Under the pieces are notes generated by a model. That model made no database searches, was not told where the DNA came from, and saw nothing but the letters and a program-made list of their open reading frames with translations. A DNA stretch of 64,000 bases from Hyphomicrobium sp. (GTDB lineage Bacteria; Pseudomonadota; Alphaproteobacteria; Rhizobiales; Hyphomicrobiaceae): positions 40,118-104,117 of the forward strand of contig NZ_WBUE01000011.1 in the NCBI RefSeq assembly GCF_009026145.1, in the 5' to 3' direction. Shown piece after piece: positions 21,073 through 32,481 of this stretch. The position numbers and the translations under genes were made by a program. How positions within the stretch are numbered: position 1 is the stretch's first letter; the number at the start of each line of letters is the position of its first letter.

Positions 21073-21471
21073 TCATCCGCTCGGACGCAGTGGCGTACCG
21101 GTGTATCGATCGCACCAGATGTTGCCCCGATTGGGCCACTTCTGTGCCAAGCCTTCCTGCAGCAGGATGCGGCTGACATCGCGCCACTTACGGCCATTGT
21201 CGCGTCCCGTATGGCCGTCGATGAGGCATGTCCGCCGCTCAAGCACGGAGCACAGCGCGACGGGGCCGTCGCGGCTCTCCCGGGTGGGCTCGGTGAAGCG
21301 GTCCCAGGCGGCAACGGCGACGAACCCGAGGCAGGCGAGAGCCACGCCGATGAGGAGGCGTTCGCGCGCGCTGAGCCGGCTGCGCCGCCGGCGACGACGC
21401 CCGCGTCCGCGGCGCGGCCAAGTCGTGCCGTCGGCCGGAGCCAAAGGGCCGCTTTTCGTAGCGTCCGCCAT
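21073..21471 (-). pseudogene. Membrane-anchored thermonuclease (SNase-like) remnant with internal in-frame deletion
   Basis: Arg-rich N-terminus and TM helix; C..RRTCLIDGHTG..NGRKWR joined directly to DVSRILLQEGLAQKWPNRGNIWC. The central nuclease core is missing. Confidence 0.5.
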
Positions 21472-21580
21472 GGGCGGAGCTAGGACGCCAAAGCCCTAAC
21501 AGAGCTTTCGCGCCTGCCGCGGCATTGTTCGCACGACCGCTAGGGCGCTGCCTGGATTGCTTATATCCGTTTGGGATCTA

Positions 21581-21654
21581 TGGAGGCCACGCCCGGAATC
21601 GAACCGGGGTGCGCGGATTTGCAGTCCGCTGCGTCACCACTCCGCCACGTGGCC
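21581..21654 (-). tRNA. tRNA-Cys(GCA)
   Basis: GGCCACGTGGCGGAGTGGTGACGCAGCGGACTGCAAATCCGCGCACCCCGGTTCGATTCCGGGCGTGGCCTCCA. Confidence 0.97.
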
Positions 21655-21831
21655 ATTCCGCCCGGCGACGCCGAAGCCTGAAGGGAATGCGCCGTGTATC
21701 ATACCGATGGGAGCCTGCAAAGTATGCGTATGGGGCCGCAAAGCCAGATCGGGCCCCCCGAGACCGCGCGCCCCGTCGCGCTCCGCCGCGCGCTCGGCTA
21801 GACTTCACCGGATACGTCGAATGGGGAGGGA

Positions 21832-22494
21832 ATGATGGTCGACGCCGCCACGCAGCGCCTGAATATGGTCGAGAGCCAGGTCATGACTAGCGACGTGACC
21901 GATCGGCGCATCCTGCGGGCCATGCGCGAGGTCCCGCGCGAGCGGTTCGTGCCGGGGCCGATGACCGCGCTCGCCTATATGGACGAGGCCGTACCCGTCA
22001 CGCCGCCGGGGCCGGGCCGCCGTTGGCTGCTTGCCCCGCGCGTAGAGGCAAAGCTCCTGCAGCTTGCCGACATCGGTGCCGACGATTGCGTATTGGACGT
22101 CGGCACCAGCACGGGCTATTCGGCCGCGATTCTCGCTACTATGGCGCGCAACGTGGTCGCGCTCGAATGCAACGACAAGCTCGCCGCGGACGCGCGCCGC
22201 AACCTCGCCGACCTCGGCAATGTCAGGGTGGTGACGGGTGAATTGGCCGCTGGGTGTGCCAGCAAAGCGCCCTTCGATGCCATCGTGCTGCAAGGCGCGA
22301 TTTCCGCCCCGCCCGAGGCGCTGTTCGATCAGTTGAAGGACGGCGGCAGGCTCGTCGCCATCGTGATGGAGGACGGCTTGGGCAAGGCGACGCTCTGGCG
22401 GCGACTCGGACGCTCAGTGGATGCATGGGCTGCGTTCGACGCGACGGCGCCGCAACTGCCCGGCTTCATGCAAATACCTGTATTCGTGTTGTAA
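21832..22494 (+). CDS. pcm: Protein-L-isoaspartate O-methyltransferase family protein
   Basis: RLNMVESQ, VPRERFVP, VLDVGTSTGYSAA, QLKDGGRLV. Conserved position before tolC. Confidence 0.88.
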   Translation: MMVDAATQRLNMVESQVMTSDVTDRRILRAMREVPRERFVPGPMTALAYMDEAVPVTPPGPGRRWLLAPRVEAKLLQLADIGADDCVLDVGTSTGYSAAILATMARNVVALECNDKLAADARRNLADLGNVRVVTGELAAGCASKAPFDAIVLQGAISAPPEALFDQLKDGGRLVAIVMEDGLGKATLWRRLGRSVDAWAAFDATAPQLPGFMQIPVFVL

Positions 22495-22749
22495 GCTGCG
22501 ATGAGATAGAGCGGTCGGCCGCGTTCTCAGGCAGCAATTCAAGCGCGATTTCGTAGGCTTGCGCGCGTACGCTGCGGCGGCGTGCCGCGAGCCGGTGTGG
22601 GATTGGCGCCACGCCATCCCAGGCCTTTTCCACCAACGCTCCCCAAGCACTACACAAATCGGCGACCAGCCCCCAGACTCACCGGACCCGCGATTCCGAA
22701 AAGGGGAAATCGGGGAAGGCCCGCGTGCGTGTGTGGCTGAGGGGATGTA

Positions 22750-24270
22750 ATGCGGACGGCCGGTAAGAATAAAATTCAACAACAATGGAATGACCACTTG
22801 GGTCTGTCGTCGGCACGTCGATCGAACCGTTCGCCTGGCGCATGGCCTGCGTGCGGGTTGCTGGCGCTGTGCCTTGCCTTGGCGGGAGCTATGCCCGTCG
22901 CTGCGGAAACGCTGCAGGATGCTCTCTCGGCCGCCTACGGTTATAACCCGCGCCTTGACGCGCAGCGTGCCTTCCAGCGTGCCACCGACGAAGACGTGGC
23001 GCGTGCCATGTCGGGCTACCGGCCGACCGTCACCGGCAACGCCGACATCGGCATCGAGCGCAGCGACGTGCGTCCGTCCTCGATCCTCGACGGCGTGACC
23101 AAGCCGCGCGGCTACGGCGTGCAGGCCGTACAGCCGCTGTTTCGTGGCTTTCGCACCTACAATGCCGTGAACGAGGCGGAGGCGAACGTCCGCGCCGAGC
23201 GCGAGGTGCTGCGCGACGTGGAGCGCAGCGTGCTGCTGCAGGCGGTCACCGCCTACATGGACGTTGTCCGCGACCAGGAGCTCGTCCGCCTCAACGAGAA
23301 CAACGTCAACGTCTTGTCGCGCGAGCTGAAGGCGGCGCAGGACCGCTTCGCCGTCGGCGAGGTGACGCGCACCGACGTGGCACAGGCGGAAGCGCGCCGC
23401 GCCGACGCGGTGTCGCGTCTCGATGCTGCACGCGCCAACCTGCGCACCAGCCGCGGCAGCTATCAGCTCGTCATCGGCCATCCGCCGAGCAATCTTTCCT
23501 GGCCCGGCACGCCGGACAACTTTCTGCCGCAGCAGCTGCAGGAGGCGATTGGCATCAGCAACAATGAGGATCCGCTGGTTGTTGCGGCACTGTTCCGCGA
23601 GCAGGCGGCCAAGTACACCGTCGAGCGTATCCGCGGCGAGCTGCTGCCGACGATCCAGTTGGAGGCGACCTACAACGATAGGTTCGATACCTCGAAGCTG
23701 ACGACGGAGGCCGAGACGGGCTCGATTGTCGGTCGCGCGACGATCCCGATCTACGAGGCCGGCGACGTCTATGCGCGCGTGCGTCAGGCCAAGCAGAACC
23801 ACATCGGAATTCTGCAACAGATCGAGCAGGTGCGCACCGAGCAGACGCAGAGCCTCGTCGCCGCTTGGTCGCAGCTCGAAGCCGCGCGCGCGCAGCTCGA
23901 ATCCGACCGCGTGGCGGTGGAATCGAACAAGGTGGCGCTGCAAGGCGTGCGTGAGGAGGAGAAGGTCGGCCAGCGCACCCTGCTCGACGTGCTCAATGCC
24001 GAGCTCGAGTACCTCAACTCGCAGGTCAACCTGGAGACGACGCGGCGCAATCTCGTCGTCGCCTCCTACGCGGTGATCTCGGCCATGGGCCGACTCGATG
24101 CGGCGTGGATCGGTGCCGCCGCCTACGTCTACGACCCGAACGTCCATTACAAGGAAGTGCGCCGCAAGTGGATCGGTCTCAGCATAACCTATGGCGACGG
24201 CCGTACCGAGACGTTCGAGGCGCAGCCACAGGCGGTTGACCAGGGCTGGGATCCCGTCCCACCGAAATAA
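22750..24270 (+). CDS. tolC: TolC family outer membrane protein
   Basis: ETLQDALSAAY..NP, RFAVGEVTRTDVAQAE, VGQRTLLDVLNAE. Start uncertain. Confidence 0.92.
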   Translation: MRTAGKNKIQQQWNDHLGLSSARRSNRSPGAWPACGLLALCLALAGAMPVAAETLQDALSAAYGYNPRLDAQRAFQRATDEDVARAMSGYRPTVTGNADIGIERSDVRPSSILDGVTKPRGYGVQAVQPLFRGFRTYNAVNEAEANVRAEREVLRDVERSVLLQAVTAYMDVVRDQELVRLNENNVNVLSRELKAAQDRFAVGEVTRTDVAQAEARRADAVSRLDAARANLRTSRGSYQLVIGHPPSNLSWPGTPDNFLPQQLQEAIGISNNEDPLVVAALFREQAAKYTVERIRGELLPTIQLEATYNDRFDTSKLTTEAETGSIVGRATIPIYEAGDVYARVRQAKQNHIGILQQIEQVRTEQTQSLVAAWSQLEAARAQLESDRVAVESNKVALQGVREEEKVGQRTLLDVLNAELEYLNSQVNLETTRRNLVVASYAVISAMGRLDAAWIGAAAYVYDPNVHYKEVRRKWIGLSITYGDGRTETFEAQPQAVDQGWDPVPPK

Positions 24271-24524
24271 GCTCCTGGGAAAGTGGCGTGGCGCAGCGTC
24301 GCGCCACAGAGCTGCCAAGGATGGCAGCTAGCCATTGCTCCGTTAACGTAGCGGCTTGCCGGCCGAGCGCGGGCGTGTACCCGAGGGTGTGCGGGTGGAG
24401 TTCCGGCGCCCATAGTTGCGTAGGCTTATTGATAGGGCGGGCACTGCCGTTGTACGACCGGGGAAGCGCTTGAGGCCCGCGAGCGGGCGGTGGCCGATGC
24501 GCGTCGTGTAGAGGATTGCGCCGC

Positions 24525-25736
24525 ATGAGTAAGCCGCAGTTGGCCTCCGAGCCCAGCATGGAGGAAATACTCGCTTCCATTCGCAAGATGATCTCCGACG
24601 ACCGGCCGGGCCCAAGCCCGATGCCGGACCAGATGGGTCGGACGCCCTTTGGCGAGCCAGCGAGATCGTCGGTGTCGGAATTCAGCGGCCGCACGGCCCC
24701 TGCCGGCGCAGGTCAAGGTCGCCCCAGCGGGGCGCCGTCGAACTTCAACAGTCTCGCCGATGCCCTGAAGGTCGCGACCGCGCTTTCCGATCAGCGCCGG
24801 TCGCTGCAGCAGGAGATCGCGAGCGTGCTCGAGAAGGGCCCGCGCGCCGGCCTCGTCGATCCCATCGCAGAGGCCAGCCAGTCGCGATCCGCGCCGACGC
24901 CGGCGCGACCCGACAATGTGCGCGCGCTGCCTGAAGCCGCCGCGCCCTCACGTGACACGAGCGGCCCGCGCCTGCCGAGCTTCCCCGATTGGCGCAACGA
25001 GCCGGTGGTGCCGACGAGCGACGACAAGCAAGATTTGTTGTCCTTCGATTTCGGCACCGTCGTTCCGCAGCGCGATGCGCCGGGGGCGAAAGGGGCACCG
25101 GCGAGCGGCGACGTGAAGGCTGCGGGCGAGAAGCTCGAGACGAAGGCGGAGCCGCAGTCGGGCGAGGATTCCCGCGTCATCAGCATTCCCTCGCGCACTT
25201 CATCGGGCGCGGCCGGCGCCGCGTCGAACGCATCCGGCAGCACCGTCGCGCCCTTCCCGCGCACGGCGCGCGAGACTACAAAGCCCGCCGGCGAGGCCGA
25301 GCCGGCGGCTGCCGAGAAGCCGGCGGATAAGCCGACCGGTACGTTGGAGCCGGCGGCCGACTCATCGCCGACGTCCGCGGCAGCGCCATCCAAGATGGAC
25401 GCTTCCGCGCAGGCCGAGGCGCTGCTCGATGCCGTCGTCGACATGGTGCAGCAGCAGCCGAGCGCGCTGTCGGTCTTCACCTCCGGCGCCTCGTTCATCA
25501 GCGGCATCTCCGGCAAGAAGCACAGCGAGCTGGTGGCCGCCGCGGCGGCGGAGAAGGTGGAAGCCGCAAGCGGAACCGGTGCGCCGCCGAAGCTCGATCG
25601 CGCCGCCGCCGAATTGCTGCGTCCCATGTTGCGTCAGTGGCTCGCCGACAACATGCCGCGCATCGTCGAGGAGGCGCTGCGCAGCGAGTTGACCGAGCAG
25701 ACGCAGGGTGGCGACAAGGGGCCCGGTAAGGCCTGA
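24525..25736 (+). CDS. popZ: Polar organizing protein PopZ (DUF2497)
   Basis: N-terminal EPSMEEILASIRKMISDD; C-terminal LLRPMLRQWLADNMPRIVE; located between tolC and valS. Confidence 0.88.
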   Translation: MSKPQLASEPSMEEILASIRKMISDDRPGPSPMPDQMGRTPFGEPARSSVSEFSGRTAPAGAGQGRPSGAPSNFNSLADALKVATALSDQRRSLQQEIASVLEKGPRAGLVDPIAEASQSRSAPTPARPDNVRALPEAAAPSRDTSGPRLPSFPDWRNEPVVPTSDDKQDLLSFDFGTVVPQRDAPGAKGAPASGDVKAAGEKLETKAEPQSGEDSRVISIPSRTSSGAAGAASNASGSTVAPFPRTARETTKPAGEAEPAAAEKPADKPTGTLEPAADSSPTSAAAPSKMDASAQAEALLDAVVDMVQQQPSALSVFTSGASFISGISGKKHSELVAAAAAEKVEAASGTGAPPKLDRAAAELLRPMLRQWLADNMPRIVEEALRSELTEQTQGGDKGPGKA

Positions 25737-25868
25737 CGGCGGCACGACCGTGCGTTAGCTTGCCAGCCGCGCCGCCGTCTGCCGGCGCGCAGGCCCCACC
25801 GTTGACAGTGCGGGAACGGAGAGCGTAGGACCGCTGGTCCCGCCTGCCCCCTAGAGATTTCCGCTCTC

Positions 25869-28637
25869 ATGCTCGACAAAATCTATCAGCCCGCCGAGAT
25901 CGAGCCGCGCATCCGCGCGGAATGGGAGCGCGTCGACGCCTTCAAGGCCGGGCGCCCGGAGCGCCGCAACGCGCAACCCTATTGCATCGTCATCCCGCCG
26001 CCGAACGTGACCGGCTCGCTGCATATGGGGCACGCGCTCAACAACACGCTGCAGGACGTGCTCTGCCGCTTCGAGCGCCTGCGCGGCAAGGACGTGCTCT
26101 GGCAGCCGGGGACCGATCACGCCGGCATCGCCACGCAGATGGTCGTCGAGCGGCAGATGATGGAGCGGCAGGAGCCGGACCGGCGCGCCATCGGCCGCGA
26201 GAAGTTCATCGAGAAGGTGTGGGCCTGGAAGGAAGAGAGCGGCTCGACCATCCTCAACCAGCTAAAGCGCCTCGGCGCCTCCTGCGACTGGAGCCGCGAG
26301 CGCTTCACCATGGACGAGGGCCTCTCGAAGGCCGTCGTCAAGGTGTTCGTGGCGCTCTACGAGGCGGGGCTGATCTACAAGGACAAGCGCCTCGTCAACT
26401 GGGACCCGAAGTTTCAGACGGCGATCTCCGACCTCGAGGTCGTGCAGGTCGAGGCGCGCGGCACCTTCAACTGGGCTGCGGGCGATCCTGAAAAGCCGTT
26501 CGATGCCGAGGCGCTGGCAAAGGCGCTGAAGCACAGTCCGTCTGGCCATATGTATCACTTCCGCTACCCGCTCGCCGCCAAGGTGCCGGGCTACGACAAG
26601 GACTATATCGTCGTCGCCACCACGCGCCCCGAGACGATGCTCGGCGACACCGGCGTTGCCGTGCATCCCGACGATGCGCGCTATGCGCCGCTGATCAAGG
26701 CGGGCGCCAAAGTGAAGCTGCCGCTGGTCGGGCGCGAGATCCCGATCATCGCCGACGAATATTCCGATCCCGAGAAGGGCACCGGCGCGGTGAAGATCAC
26801 GCCGGCGCACGACTTCAATGACTTCGAGGTCGGCAAGCGGCACGGGCTCGAGCAGGTCAACGTGCTCGACGATCAGGCGCAGCTCAATGACAACGCCCCC
26901 GCTGCCTACCGCGGGCTCGACCGCTTTGTGGCGAGAAAGCGCATCGTCGCCGATCTCAATGCGCTCGGACTGTTGGAAAAGATCGAGCCGACGACGCACA
27001 CCGTCCCGCATGGCGACCGTTCGAGTGTCGTCATCGAGCCGTGGCTGACCGACCAGTGGTACGTCAACGCCGCCGAGCTGGCCAAGCCCGCCATCGCCAT
27101 GGTCGAGACCGGCAAGACGGTGTTTGTGCCGAAGAACTGGGAGAAGACCTACTTCGAGTGGATGCGCAACATCCAGCCGTGGTGCATCTCGCGCCAGCTG
27201 TGGTGGGGGCACCAGATTCCCGCCTGGTACGGCCCCGACGGCCGCGTGTTCGTCGCCGAGGACGAGGCAAAGGCGCAAACGCACGCGACCAAGCACTACG
27301 GCAAGGAAACGACGCTGTGGCGCGACGAGGACGTGCTCGATACGTGGTTCTCGTCGGCCTTGTGGCCGTTCTCGACGCTCGGCTGGCCGGACAAGACGCC
27401 GGAGCTTTCCCGCTACTATCCGACCAGCGTGCTCGTCACCGGCTTCGACATCATCTTTTTCTGGGTCGCCCGCATGATGATGATGGGCATGCACTTCATG
27501 CAGGAGGTGCCGTTCCGCGACATCTACATTCATGCCCTGGTGCGCGACGAGAAGGGGCAGAAGATGTCGAAGTCGAAGGGCAACGTCATGGACCCGCTCG
27601 GCGTCATCGACACTTACGGCGCCGACGCCTTGCGCTTCACGCTCGCCGCCATGGCCGCGCAGGGGCGCGACATCAAGCTGTCGACGCAACGCGTCGAGGG
27701 CTATCGCAACTTCGCGACCAAGCTGTGGAACGCGGCGCGCTTTGCCGAAATGAACGAGTGCGTCCGCCGGCGCGGCTTTGATCCGTCGACGGTGAAAGAG
27801 CCGGTCAACCGCTGGATTGCCGGGGAGACCGAGCGCGCCGTGCGCGCCGTCACCGATGGCCTCGAGGCCTACAAGTTCAACGAGGCGGCGGGCGCCGTCT
27901 ACGAGTTCGTGTGGGGTGTAGTCTGCGACTGGTACCTGGAGCTGATCAAGCCCATCCTCGCCGGCGACGACGAAGCCGCCATGATCGAGACGCGCGCCAC
28001 CGTCGCCTGGACGCTGGATCAGATCCTGAAGCTATTGCACCCGTTCATGCCCTACATCACCGAGGAGCTGTGGGCGCACGCGGTCGAGCACGGCGAGAAG
28101 CGCGAAAATCTCCTGGCGCTCAGCCAATGGCCGACGTTCTCCGGCCTCATCGATGCCGAGGTCGACGAGGAGATCGGCTGGGTCGTGCGGCTGATCTCGG
28201 AGATCCGTTCGGTGCGCACGGAGATGAACGTGCCGGTCGCCGCCAAGCTGCCGCTGGCGCTGCCCAACGCTTCTCCCGCGCTGCGCGAGCGCGCCAGGCG
28301 CCACGAGGAGACGATCAGCCGTCTCGCCCGCCTCGACAGCATCACCTTCCCCAAGGCGACGCCAAAAGGCGCGGCGGTGATTGTCATCGACGATTCCACG
28401 GCTGCCCTGCCGCTTGGCGGCGTCATCGATACTGCGGCGGAAACCAAGCGCCTCGGCCGCGAGATCGAGAAGGCGGAAAGCGACCTCGGCAAGATGGACG
28501 CCAAGCTTTCCAACCCGCAATTCGTGGCCAAGGCCAAGGAGGAGGCGGTGGAGGAAGCGCGCGAGCGGAAGGCGGAGCTGGAAGGCACCATCCGCCGCCT
28601 GAAGGCGGCCATCCGCCGCCTCGAAGCGGTCGGCTGA
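25869..28637 (+). CDS. valS: Valine--tRNA ligase
   Basis: [30 protein letters not shown]-terminal coiled coil. Confidence 0.97.
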   Translation: MLDKIYQPAEIEPRIRAEWERVDAFKAGRPERRNAQPYCIVIPPPNVTGSLHMGHALNNTLQDVLCRFERLRGKDVLWQPGTDHAGIATQMVVERQMMERQEPDRRAIGREKFIEKVWAWKEESGSTILNQLKRLGASCDWSRERFTMDEGLSKAVVKVFVALYEAGLIYKDKRLVNWDPKFQTAISDLEVVQVEARGTFNWAAGDPEKPFDAEALAKALKHSPSGHMYHFRYPLAAKVPGYDKDYIVVATTRPETMLGDTGVAVHPDDARYAPLIKAGAKVKLPLVGREIPIIADEYSDPEKGTGAVKITPAHDFNDFEVGKRHGLEQVNVLDDQAQLNDNAPAAYRGLDRFVARKRIVADLNALGLLEKIEPTTHTVPHGDRSSVVIEPWLTDQWYVNAAELAKPAIAMVETGKTVFVPKNWEKTYFEWMRNIQPWCISRQLWWGHQIPAWYGPDGRVFVAEDEAKAQTHATKHYGKETTLWRDEDVLDTWFSSALWPFSTLGWPDKTPELSRYYPTSVLVTGFDIIFFWVARMMMMGMHFMQEVPFRDIYIHALVRDEKGQKMSKSKGNVMDPLGVIDTYGADALRFTLAAMAAQGRDIKLSTQRVEGYRNFATKLWNAARFAEMNECVRRRGFDPSTVKEPVNRWIAGETERAVRAVTDGLEAYKFNEAAGAVYEFVWGVVCDWYLELIKPILAGDDEAAMIETRATVAWTLDQILKLLHPFMPYITEELWAHAVEHGEKRENLLALSQWPTFSGLIDAEVDEEIGWVVRLISEIRSVRTEMNVPVAAKLPLALPNASPALRERARRHEETISRLARLDSITFPKATPKGAAVIVIDDSTAALPLGGVIDTAAETKRLGREIEKAESDLGKMDAKLSNPQFVAKAKEEAVEEARERKAELEGTIRRLKAAIRRLEAVG

Positions 28638-28918
28638 GCAGATCCCGTCGACTATTGCCGAACGCGGTTAACACTCCGCGGGTACATGTGGCGAACAGGC
28701 CACGATTTGGGCGACCACTGCCTCCGTTGAGCCACAATACGGCGCCAGCCTCAGGCTAAGGGAGAGCGAGGGAAGCGCGTGGAAGGCGGCGGCTGAACGT
28801 CCACCACGCGAGCTTTTCAAACACAGAGGCCTGGGCAACCTTCGTTCGAATTTGGCGCGACGCCTCGCTGAGGTTGTCGATACTGTCGCTTATCTGGGTG
28901 CACGGACAAAAAACAAGT

Positions 28919-30643
28919 ATGGACGCGAAAACGTTCGACAAATCAAAGCTGCCGAGTCGTCACGTGACGGAGGGGCCGTCGCGCGCGCCGCATCGGTCGT
29001 ACTACTACGCCATGGGCCTCGAAGAGGAGCACATACACCGCCCGTTCGTCGGCGTGGTGTCGTGCTGGAACGAGGCCGCGCCCTGCAACATCGCACTAAT
29101 GCGACAAGCGCAGGCCGCCAAGCAGGGCGTCGACGAATCCGGCGGCACACCGCGTGAATTTTGCACCATCACGGTGACCGACGGCATCGCCATGGGCCAC
29201 CAGGGCATGAAGTCCTCGCTCGTCTCGCGCGAGGTGATCGCCGATTCGATCGAGCTCACGATGCGCGGGCACTGCTACGACGCGCTGGTCGGCATCGCCG
29301 GCTGCGACAAGTCGCTGCCCGGCATCATGATGGCCATGCTGCGCCTCAACGTGCCGTCCGTATTCATGTACGGCGGCTCGATCCTGCCCGGCAGGTTCAA
29401 GGGCCACGACGTGACCGTGGTGGACGTGTTCGAGGGCGTCGGCATGCACTCGGCAGGGCGCATGTCGGACGAGGATCTGCACGAGCTCGAGTGCGTCGCC
29501 TGTCCATCCGCCGGCTCGTGCGGCGGCCAGTTCACCGCCAACACCATGGCCTGCGTATCTGAGGCGATCGGCCTCGCGCTGCCGGGCTCTGCCGGCGCGC
29601 CGGCGCCGTACGAAAGCCGCGACGCGTATGCCATCGACAGCGGCAAGGCCGTCATGAACCTGCTCGCGCGCGGTATTCGTCCGCGCGACATCGCTACGCG
29701 CGAAGCCTTCGAGAACGCTGCCGTCATCGTCGCCGCCACCGGCGGGTCGACGAATGCCGCGCTGCATCTCCCCGCCATGGCGCACGAAGCCGGCATCGAC
29801 TTCGATTTGTTCGACGTCGCCGCCATCTTCAAACGCACGCCCTACATCGCCGACCTGAAGCCCGGCGGAAAGTACGTGGCCAAGGACGTGTTCGACATCG
29901 GCGGCGTGCCGCAGATCCTGAAGGCGCTGCTCGACGGCGGCCTTCTGCACGGCGACTGCCTCACGGCCACGGGTCGCACGATGAAGCAGAACCTCGAGAA
30001 GGTGAAGTTCAACACCGATCAGAAGGTCGTCTACCCGGTCTCCAATCCGATCACGCCGACGGGCGGCGTTGTGGGGCTGAGAGGCTCGCTTGCCCCTGAC
30101 GGCGCCATCGTGAAGGTGGCGGGCCTCAAGAAGCTGCAATTCCGCGGCCCTGCGCGCGTGTTCAACTGCGAGGAGGACGCGTTCGCCGCGGTCGAGGCCG
30201 GCCAGTACAACGAAGGCGACGTCATCGTCATTCGCTACGAGGGCCCCAAGGGCGGCCCCGGCATGCGCGAGATGCTGTCGACGACGGCGGCGCTTTATGG
30301 CCAGGGCGCGGGCGAGAAGGTCGCGCTGATTACTGACGGCCGTTTCTCCGGCGGCACGCGCGGGTTCTGCATCGGCCATGTCGGACCGGAGGCGGCCGTT
30401 GGCGGTCCCATCGGTCTCCTCGAGGACGGCGACATCATCTCCATCGATGCAGTGAAAGGGACGCTCGACGTCGAGCTCGACGAAGCTGAGCTGGCGGCGC
30501 GCAGAAAGACTTGGAAGGCACCGGCCAATCCCTACCAGAGCGGCGCACTGCGCAAGTACGCCGATCAGGTCGGGCCGGCATTCAAGGGTGCGGTTACTCA
30601 TGCTGGCGGCAAAGCGGAAGTGGTCTGCTATGCGGATATTTGA
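28919..30643 (+). CDS. ilvD: Dihydroxy-acid dehydratase
   Basis: [50 protein letters not shown]. Confidence 0.96.
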   Translation: MDAKTFDKSKLPSRHVTEGPSRAPHRSYYYAMGLEEEHIHRPFVGVVSCWNEAAPCNIALMRQAQAAKQGVDESGGTPREFCTITVTDGIAMGHQGMKSSLVSREVIADSIELTMRGHCYDALVGIAGCDKSLPGIMMAMLRLNVPSVFMYGGSILPGRFKGHDVTVVDVFEGVGMHSAGRMSDEDLHELECVACPSAGSCGGQFTANTMACVSEAIGLALPGSAGAPAPYESRDAYAIDSGKAVMNLLARGIRPRDIATREAFENAAVIVAATGGSTNAALHLPAMAHEAGIDFDLFDVAAIFKRTPYIADLKPGGKYVAKDVFDIGGVPQILKALLDGGLLHGDCLTATGRTMKQNLEKVKFNTDQKVVYPVSNPITPTGGVVGLRGSLAPDGAIVKVAGLKKLQFRGPARVFNCEEDAFAAVEAGQYNEGDVIVIRYEGPKGGPGMREMLSTTAALYGQGAGEKVALITDGRFSGGTRGFCIGHVGPEAAVGGPIGLLEDGDIISIDAVKGTLDVELDEAELAARRKTWKAPANPYQSGALRKYADQVGPAFKGAVTHAGGKAEVVCYADI

Positions 30644-31682
30644 TCGGACGGTATGCGTACTAGTAGCCGGGCTCGTAATATGTCTCGGCGCAATCGGCGC
30701 TTCGGCAACTGCCGCTAAGTACCGATCGGCTCAGGACGCGCTCGATCAGGGCATCGGTGCCTTCAACGGCGGCTACTACGAGATCGCCATTCCGGCGCTC
30801 GAGTACGCAGCCGACGCGCACCTCTTCCTGGCGCCCTACTACCTGGCTCGCATCTACTCCGACAACAACGGCTCGCGCACCGATCACGCCAAGGCTTACG
30901 AGCTCTATCTGAAGATCGCCGAGGAGCACACCGACGTCGATCCCGACGATGACCAGCGGGCGCCGTACGTCGCCAAGGCGATGACGCGCATCGCCGGCTA
31001 TCTCGTCAACGGGCTACCGGAGGTGAACCTCAAGCCCAACCCCAAGATCGCCATGGAGTATCTGCGTGAGGCGGCGCAGTTCTTCCGCGACGAGGATGCG
31101 CAGTTCGAGCTGGCCAAGCTCTATCTGCACGGTGACGGCATCGCCAGCGACGTTCCCTACGCCAAGCACTGGCTGTCGGTGCTGAGCCAGAAGGGGCACC
31201 CCGGCGCACAGGCGTTCCTCGCCGACCTTCTGTGGCGGGGCAAATACATGCCGGCCGATCCAGTGCGGGCGCTGGCGCTGATCTCGGTCGCCGTCACCAA
31301 TTCGCCGCCGTATGAGCGCGTGTGGATCGAGGACATCTATCAGAACATCTACTGCGGCGCCGCGCAGGGCATCCGCAAGCAGGCGACCGGTATCGTTGCC
31401 GACTGGCGCACACGCTACGGCCGCAAGCCGGACACGCGCGACGACACGGGTTTGGGACCGCTCAACGTGCAGGCGACGCGCACCTGCGGCAATGGCGAGC
31501 CCGTCATCTTCGACATGGGCACGGTCGCCGCTGACGACGTGCCGGCCGCCGCCGGTGCAGCACCGCTTCCAGCCGCGCTTCCCAAGCAGCCCGACGCGGG
31601 CGGCACCTTCATCAAGGGGTCGGCGGCGAGTGGCTTGCGTGACGTTGGGGCAAGCGCCAGCGCGCCTGCTCCCACGCGCTGA
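30630..31682 (+). CDS. exoR: Sel1-repeat periplasmic protein, ExoR-like
   Basis: Signal peptide; Sel1 repeats ([30 protein letters not shown]); ilvD-exoR-xth neighbourhood as in rhizobia. Confidence 0.7.
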   Translation: MRIFDRTVCVLVAGLVICLGAIGASATAAKYRSAQDALDQGIGAFNGGYYEIAIPALEYAADAHLFLAPYYLARIYSDNNGSRTDHAKAYELYLKIAEEHTDVDPDDDQRAPYVAKAMTRIAGYLVNGLPEVNLKPNPKIAMEYLREAAQFFRDEDAQFELAKLYLHGDGIASDVPYAKHWLSVLSQKGHPGAQAFLADLLWRGKYMPADPVRALALISVAVTNSPPYERVWIEDIYQNIYCGAAQGIRKQATGIVADWRTRYGRKPDTRDDTGLGPLNVQATRTCGNGEPVIFDMGTVAADDVPAAAGAAPLPAALPKQPDAGGTFIKGSAASGLRDVGASASAPAPTR

Positions 31683-31709
31683 TCGAATCCCGGGCAGCGC
31701 TTTCCCGAA

Positions 31710-31736
31710 CTTTCTTGCCATCCGATGGCAAGAAAG
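31710..31736. repeat. 27-bp near-perfect palindrome
   Basis: CTTTCTTGCCATC-C-GATGGCAAGAAAG. Confidence 0.8.
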
Positions 31737-31966
31737 GTCTGCACACCTGGCAAACAACGGTTAGAGTGGACGCTGTCCGCCAAGGCGGGGCACGCGGCTG
31801 CAACGGCGCTTTGCTGAGCAACCGCTGCCCATGACTGTTGCTTGAGCACTGTCGGAATCGCTCATATCCTCGTCCGCAAGAGCAAGATGAAGGGGGCGGC
31901 GGGGGTCACGTCCAAGGCGGAGTGAAGCGCACAGCGCGTGTGCTCGCTTAGACTTTGGAGGTGTAC

Positions 31967-32404
31967 ATGACCGGCCTCGTTGCATTCGTTCGCCGCCTAC
32001 GGCGGGAAGCTCCGCACCAGATTGCAGCCATGGCGCTGTGCCTCGCCGGCGCGGTGGCGCTGTTCGCAGCGCCAGGCTTGAACGCCGAGACGGCGCCGTC
32101 GCCCGAGCGCGTTCGCGGCTTCTTCTGCAATGAGAAAACCGACTCCATCAATTTCCTCATGTATCAGGCGCAGGGCGAGAACGAGGAAATGGCGGCCAAC
32201 GCGGTCAACAAGGCCATCGCCAAGTTCTCGTGCGCTTACTACCTGCCGGCCACCGCGATCTACACCGGCGAGCACACCGTCATGCGCGACGGGCTCGTCT
32301 TCAAGCTACACAGCTATCTGTTCTTGCCTGAGAAGGTGGAACGCTGGAGCGGCTCGGTGCTCGGCTCGCTGCAGCAGCCGGCGAACGCCAAACACGACGT
32401 ATAA
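31967..32404 (+). CDS. Hypothetical exported protein
   Basis: RBS GGAGGT, hydrophobic signal, two Cys in the mature part, GC3-rich codons. Confidence 0.7.
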   Translation: MTGLVAFVRRLRREAPHQIAAMALCLAGAVALFAAPGLNAETAPSPERVRGFFCNEKTDSINFLMYQAQGENEEMAANAVNKAIAKFSCAYYLPATAIYTGEHTVMRDGLVFKLHSYLFLPEKVERWSGSVLGSLQQPANAKHDV

Positions 32405-32428
32405 GCCGAACAGGCTTCTGAACAAACG

Positions 32429-32460
32429 AAAGCGGGAGCGCGGCTCGCGCTCCGGCTTTT
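32429..32460. terminator. Bidirectional intrinsic terminator
   Basis: AAAGC-G-GGAGCGCG-GCT-CGCGCTCC-G-GCTTTT between convergent genes. Confidence 0.65.
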
Positions 32461-32481
32461 CTAGTCGTTACGCTGAGGCGA

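Noticed and set aside
19779-21654. Integrated element at tRNA-Asn or tRNA-Cys
   Set aside because: No integrase, and no duplicated tRNA 3' end (att site) found by eye.
22414-24318. 634-aa minus-strand ORF and similar long antisense ORFs (26262-27689, 29096-30601, 36760-38475, 46710-48260)
   Set aside because: Shadow frames of well-identified genes, typical of high GC3 codon bias. No recognisable motifs.
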